A DNA stretch of 64,000 nucleotides from Candidatus Cybelea sp. (GTDB taxonomy: Bacteria > Vulcanimicrobiota > Vulcanimicrobiia > Vulcanimicrobiales > Vulcanimicrobiaceae): NCBI GenBank assembly GCA_049585055.1, contig JBAUYZ010000068.1, positions 15,528 to 79,527 of the forward strand, read 5' to 3'. Positions within the stretch are counted from its first letter, which is position 1, and each line of letters starts with the position of its first letter. The notes beneath the pieces are model-generated. The model was not told the DNA's origin. It was given only the letters and a program-made list of their open reading frames with translations, and ran no database searches. Positions 62,589 through 64,000 of this stretch are shown here, one piece after another. Made by a program: the position numbers and the translations under genes.

Positions 62589-63995
62589 TTACGGGAGGGC
62601 GTGCTCGACGTTGGTGTCGGCGCCCTCCCATTCTTTTTCGAAGCGAGCGCGAACCGTCGCGGCTCGATCGCTCTGACCGCTCGCGGCGAGCGCTTGCGAT
62701 AAGCCGAAGAGCGCGCGAGGATCGTTGCGATAGGCAGCCAGCGCATCGCCGAACGCCGCGATCGCTCCGGCGGCGTCGTTGCGGCGAAGTCTCATCGCGC
62801 CGAGAGCTTCATCGGCGGGAAAGATCGGAATCAACTCGCCGCTAAAGGCATCGCGTTGGTTCGCGGCACTTTCCTCGATCAGGCGTTCCGCCTCGTCGTA
62901 TTTTGCGTCGGCTTCGGAGAGCCGCGCAAGAAAGAGTTGCGGCATGTAGCCTTGGGCTGCGTTTGAAGCTGGAATCTTTGCGGCGAGGGCGTGCGCCTCC
63001 GCGACGCGGCCTAAGTGCAGCGCCGCGAGCCCGCGGACGCTCGTTGCGGCGAATTCGTTTCCGTCGGCAGCGTACGCCGTGTCGTAGCGACCGAACCGCA
63101 GCGCGGTAAAGGCGTCGAAACTCGTTTCAAAAGCGGCGCTCATGCGACCGCTCCAGCGTTGAGCAACCGCGTAGTTCCCGAGCATCATCGCGGCGGAGTA
63201 ACCGACGGCGACGTCGTGTTTGGCGTACTGCTCGGAATGATCGGCGCCGCCTCCGTCCGCAGTGAGCTGCGACATGAGCAGGAAGGCGCGTTCGCTGGAG
63301 CGCAAGGCGGCGGCGTAATTTCCTGTCTCGAGCCAGTAATGCGCGGGCATGTGCGCGAGGTGCTCGGCTTGCGGCGGGAATGCATCGGCATCGAGCCGTT
63401 CTGCACAAGGCAGCGCGGGCGTTCGGTCCGGCGCGAGATCGTAGAGGTGGATGCAGAGATGGTTGGCCATCACGTTCACGGGGTCGTCGCGCAGAACTTT
63501 GGCGACGAGCGAGAGCGCCTGGCGCGACTCGTCGCTGGCCGGCGCGCCACTCTGCCACCCGAGGCCGCCGTGCTCGAGAAGCGCTTCGGCGGCAAGGAGG
63601 TCCACGTTTTCGTCCCGGGACGTCTGCGCAAAGGCGAGCATCGCTCCGCGATACGTCGCATCGTTCGCCGTCCAGTTTCGAAAGGAGCCCGCATAACGCG
63701 ACGCCATGATTTCGACGAGCCGGCGTTCTCCCGGCGGCAGAGCTTCCGCGAGCGCGGAGGCTTTCCGGATTGCGGCGGCCGCACGCGCGAAACGCTCGCC
63801 GGAAAGCGGCGTATTCAAATCGGGACCCGCTGCAAGCGCTTCACCCCAATAGGCCATCGCGAGCTGCGGGTCGAGTGCCGCAGCTTGGGAGAACGCTTGC
63901 GTTGCATCCGTGCCGTCGTACGCATAATAGAGGAAAAGCCCGCGATCGATCGCGGCTTGCGCTTGCGGATTGGCCGTGGGGACCGCAAGGTGCAC
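62589..63995 (-). CDS. TPR-repeat protein (N-terminus probably beyond the right edge)
   Basis: At least 468 aa of Ala/Leu-rich TPR-like helices. The track start is a GTG 5 nt from the window end, so the gene is probably truncated by the window. Confidence 0.6.
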   Translation of the reverse strand: MHLAVPTANPQAQAAIDRGLFLYYAYDGTDATQAFSQAAALDPQLAMAYWGEALAAGPDLNTPLSGERFARAAAAIRKASALAEALPPGERRLVEIMASRYAGSFRNWTANDATYRGAMLAFAQTSRDENVDLLAAEALLEHGGLGWQSGAPASDESRQALSLVAKVLRDDPVNVMANHLCIHLYDLAPDRTPALPCAERLDADAFPPQAEHLAHMPAHYWLETGNYAAALRSSERAFLLMSQLTADGGGADHSEQYAKHDVAVGYSAAMMLGNYAVAQRWSGRMSAAFETSFDAFTALRFGRYDTAYAADGNEFAATSVRGLAALHLGRVAEAHALAAKIPASNAAQGYMPQLFLARLSEADAKYDEAERLIEESAANQRDAFSGELIPIFPADEALGAMRLRRNDAAGAIAAFGDALAAYRNDPRALFGLSQALAASGQSDRAATVRARFEKEWEGADTNVEHALP

Positions 63996-64000
63996 CGACG

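Overview
GC-rich bacterial chromosomal window; I cannot assign a lineage by eye. Core genes are mixed with a large accessory secretome. Housekeeping genes: a partial beta-carbonic anhydrase, rplJ-rplL with an attenuator-like leader, H+-pyrophosphatase hppA, a FliA-type sigma factor, a ThrRS lacking the TGS domain, pstSCAB, a PHA locus (two phaB-like reductases, phaC, regulators, a phasin-like gene) and tRNA-Val(GAC). The accessory content consists almost entirely of lipobox lipoproteins. It includes five PF04185-type phosphoesterases (PLC/AcpA-like, called PE1-PE5 here). It also includes a paralogous propeller-like family ('family A'), with about six full-length or near-full-length copies plus about four decayed ones. 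Other members are two tandem six-blade 'GNVAP' proteins, two GloVer-repeat proteins and one HAF-repeat protein. The family-A -> phosphoesterase gene pair occurs twice, once with an ATGA overlap, and four phosphoesterases flank pstSCAB. I read this as a candidate undescribed surface phosphate-scavenging module. A REP/MITE-like element (CCTTCGAC...GCTCAGGATGACAC) fills at least seven intergenic gaps, always in the same orientation. It also appears in frame inside coding sequences: after the lipobox of three genes, inside phaC, and as the C-termini of two proteins. Further items are a ParDE pair, an HTH-NB-ARC-TPR STAND protein, a SLATT/DUF4231 gene in a low-GC islet, a (GC)4 frameshift, an operator-like array at the phasin promoter, and a promoter-to-terminator 28-codon mini-gene. 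Many long track ORFs are antisense artefacts of high GC content.
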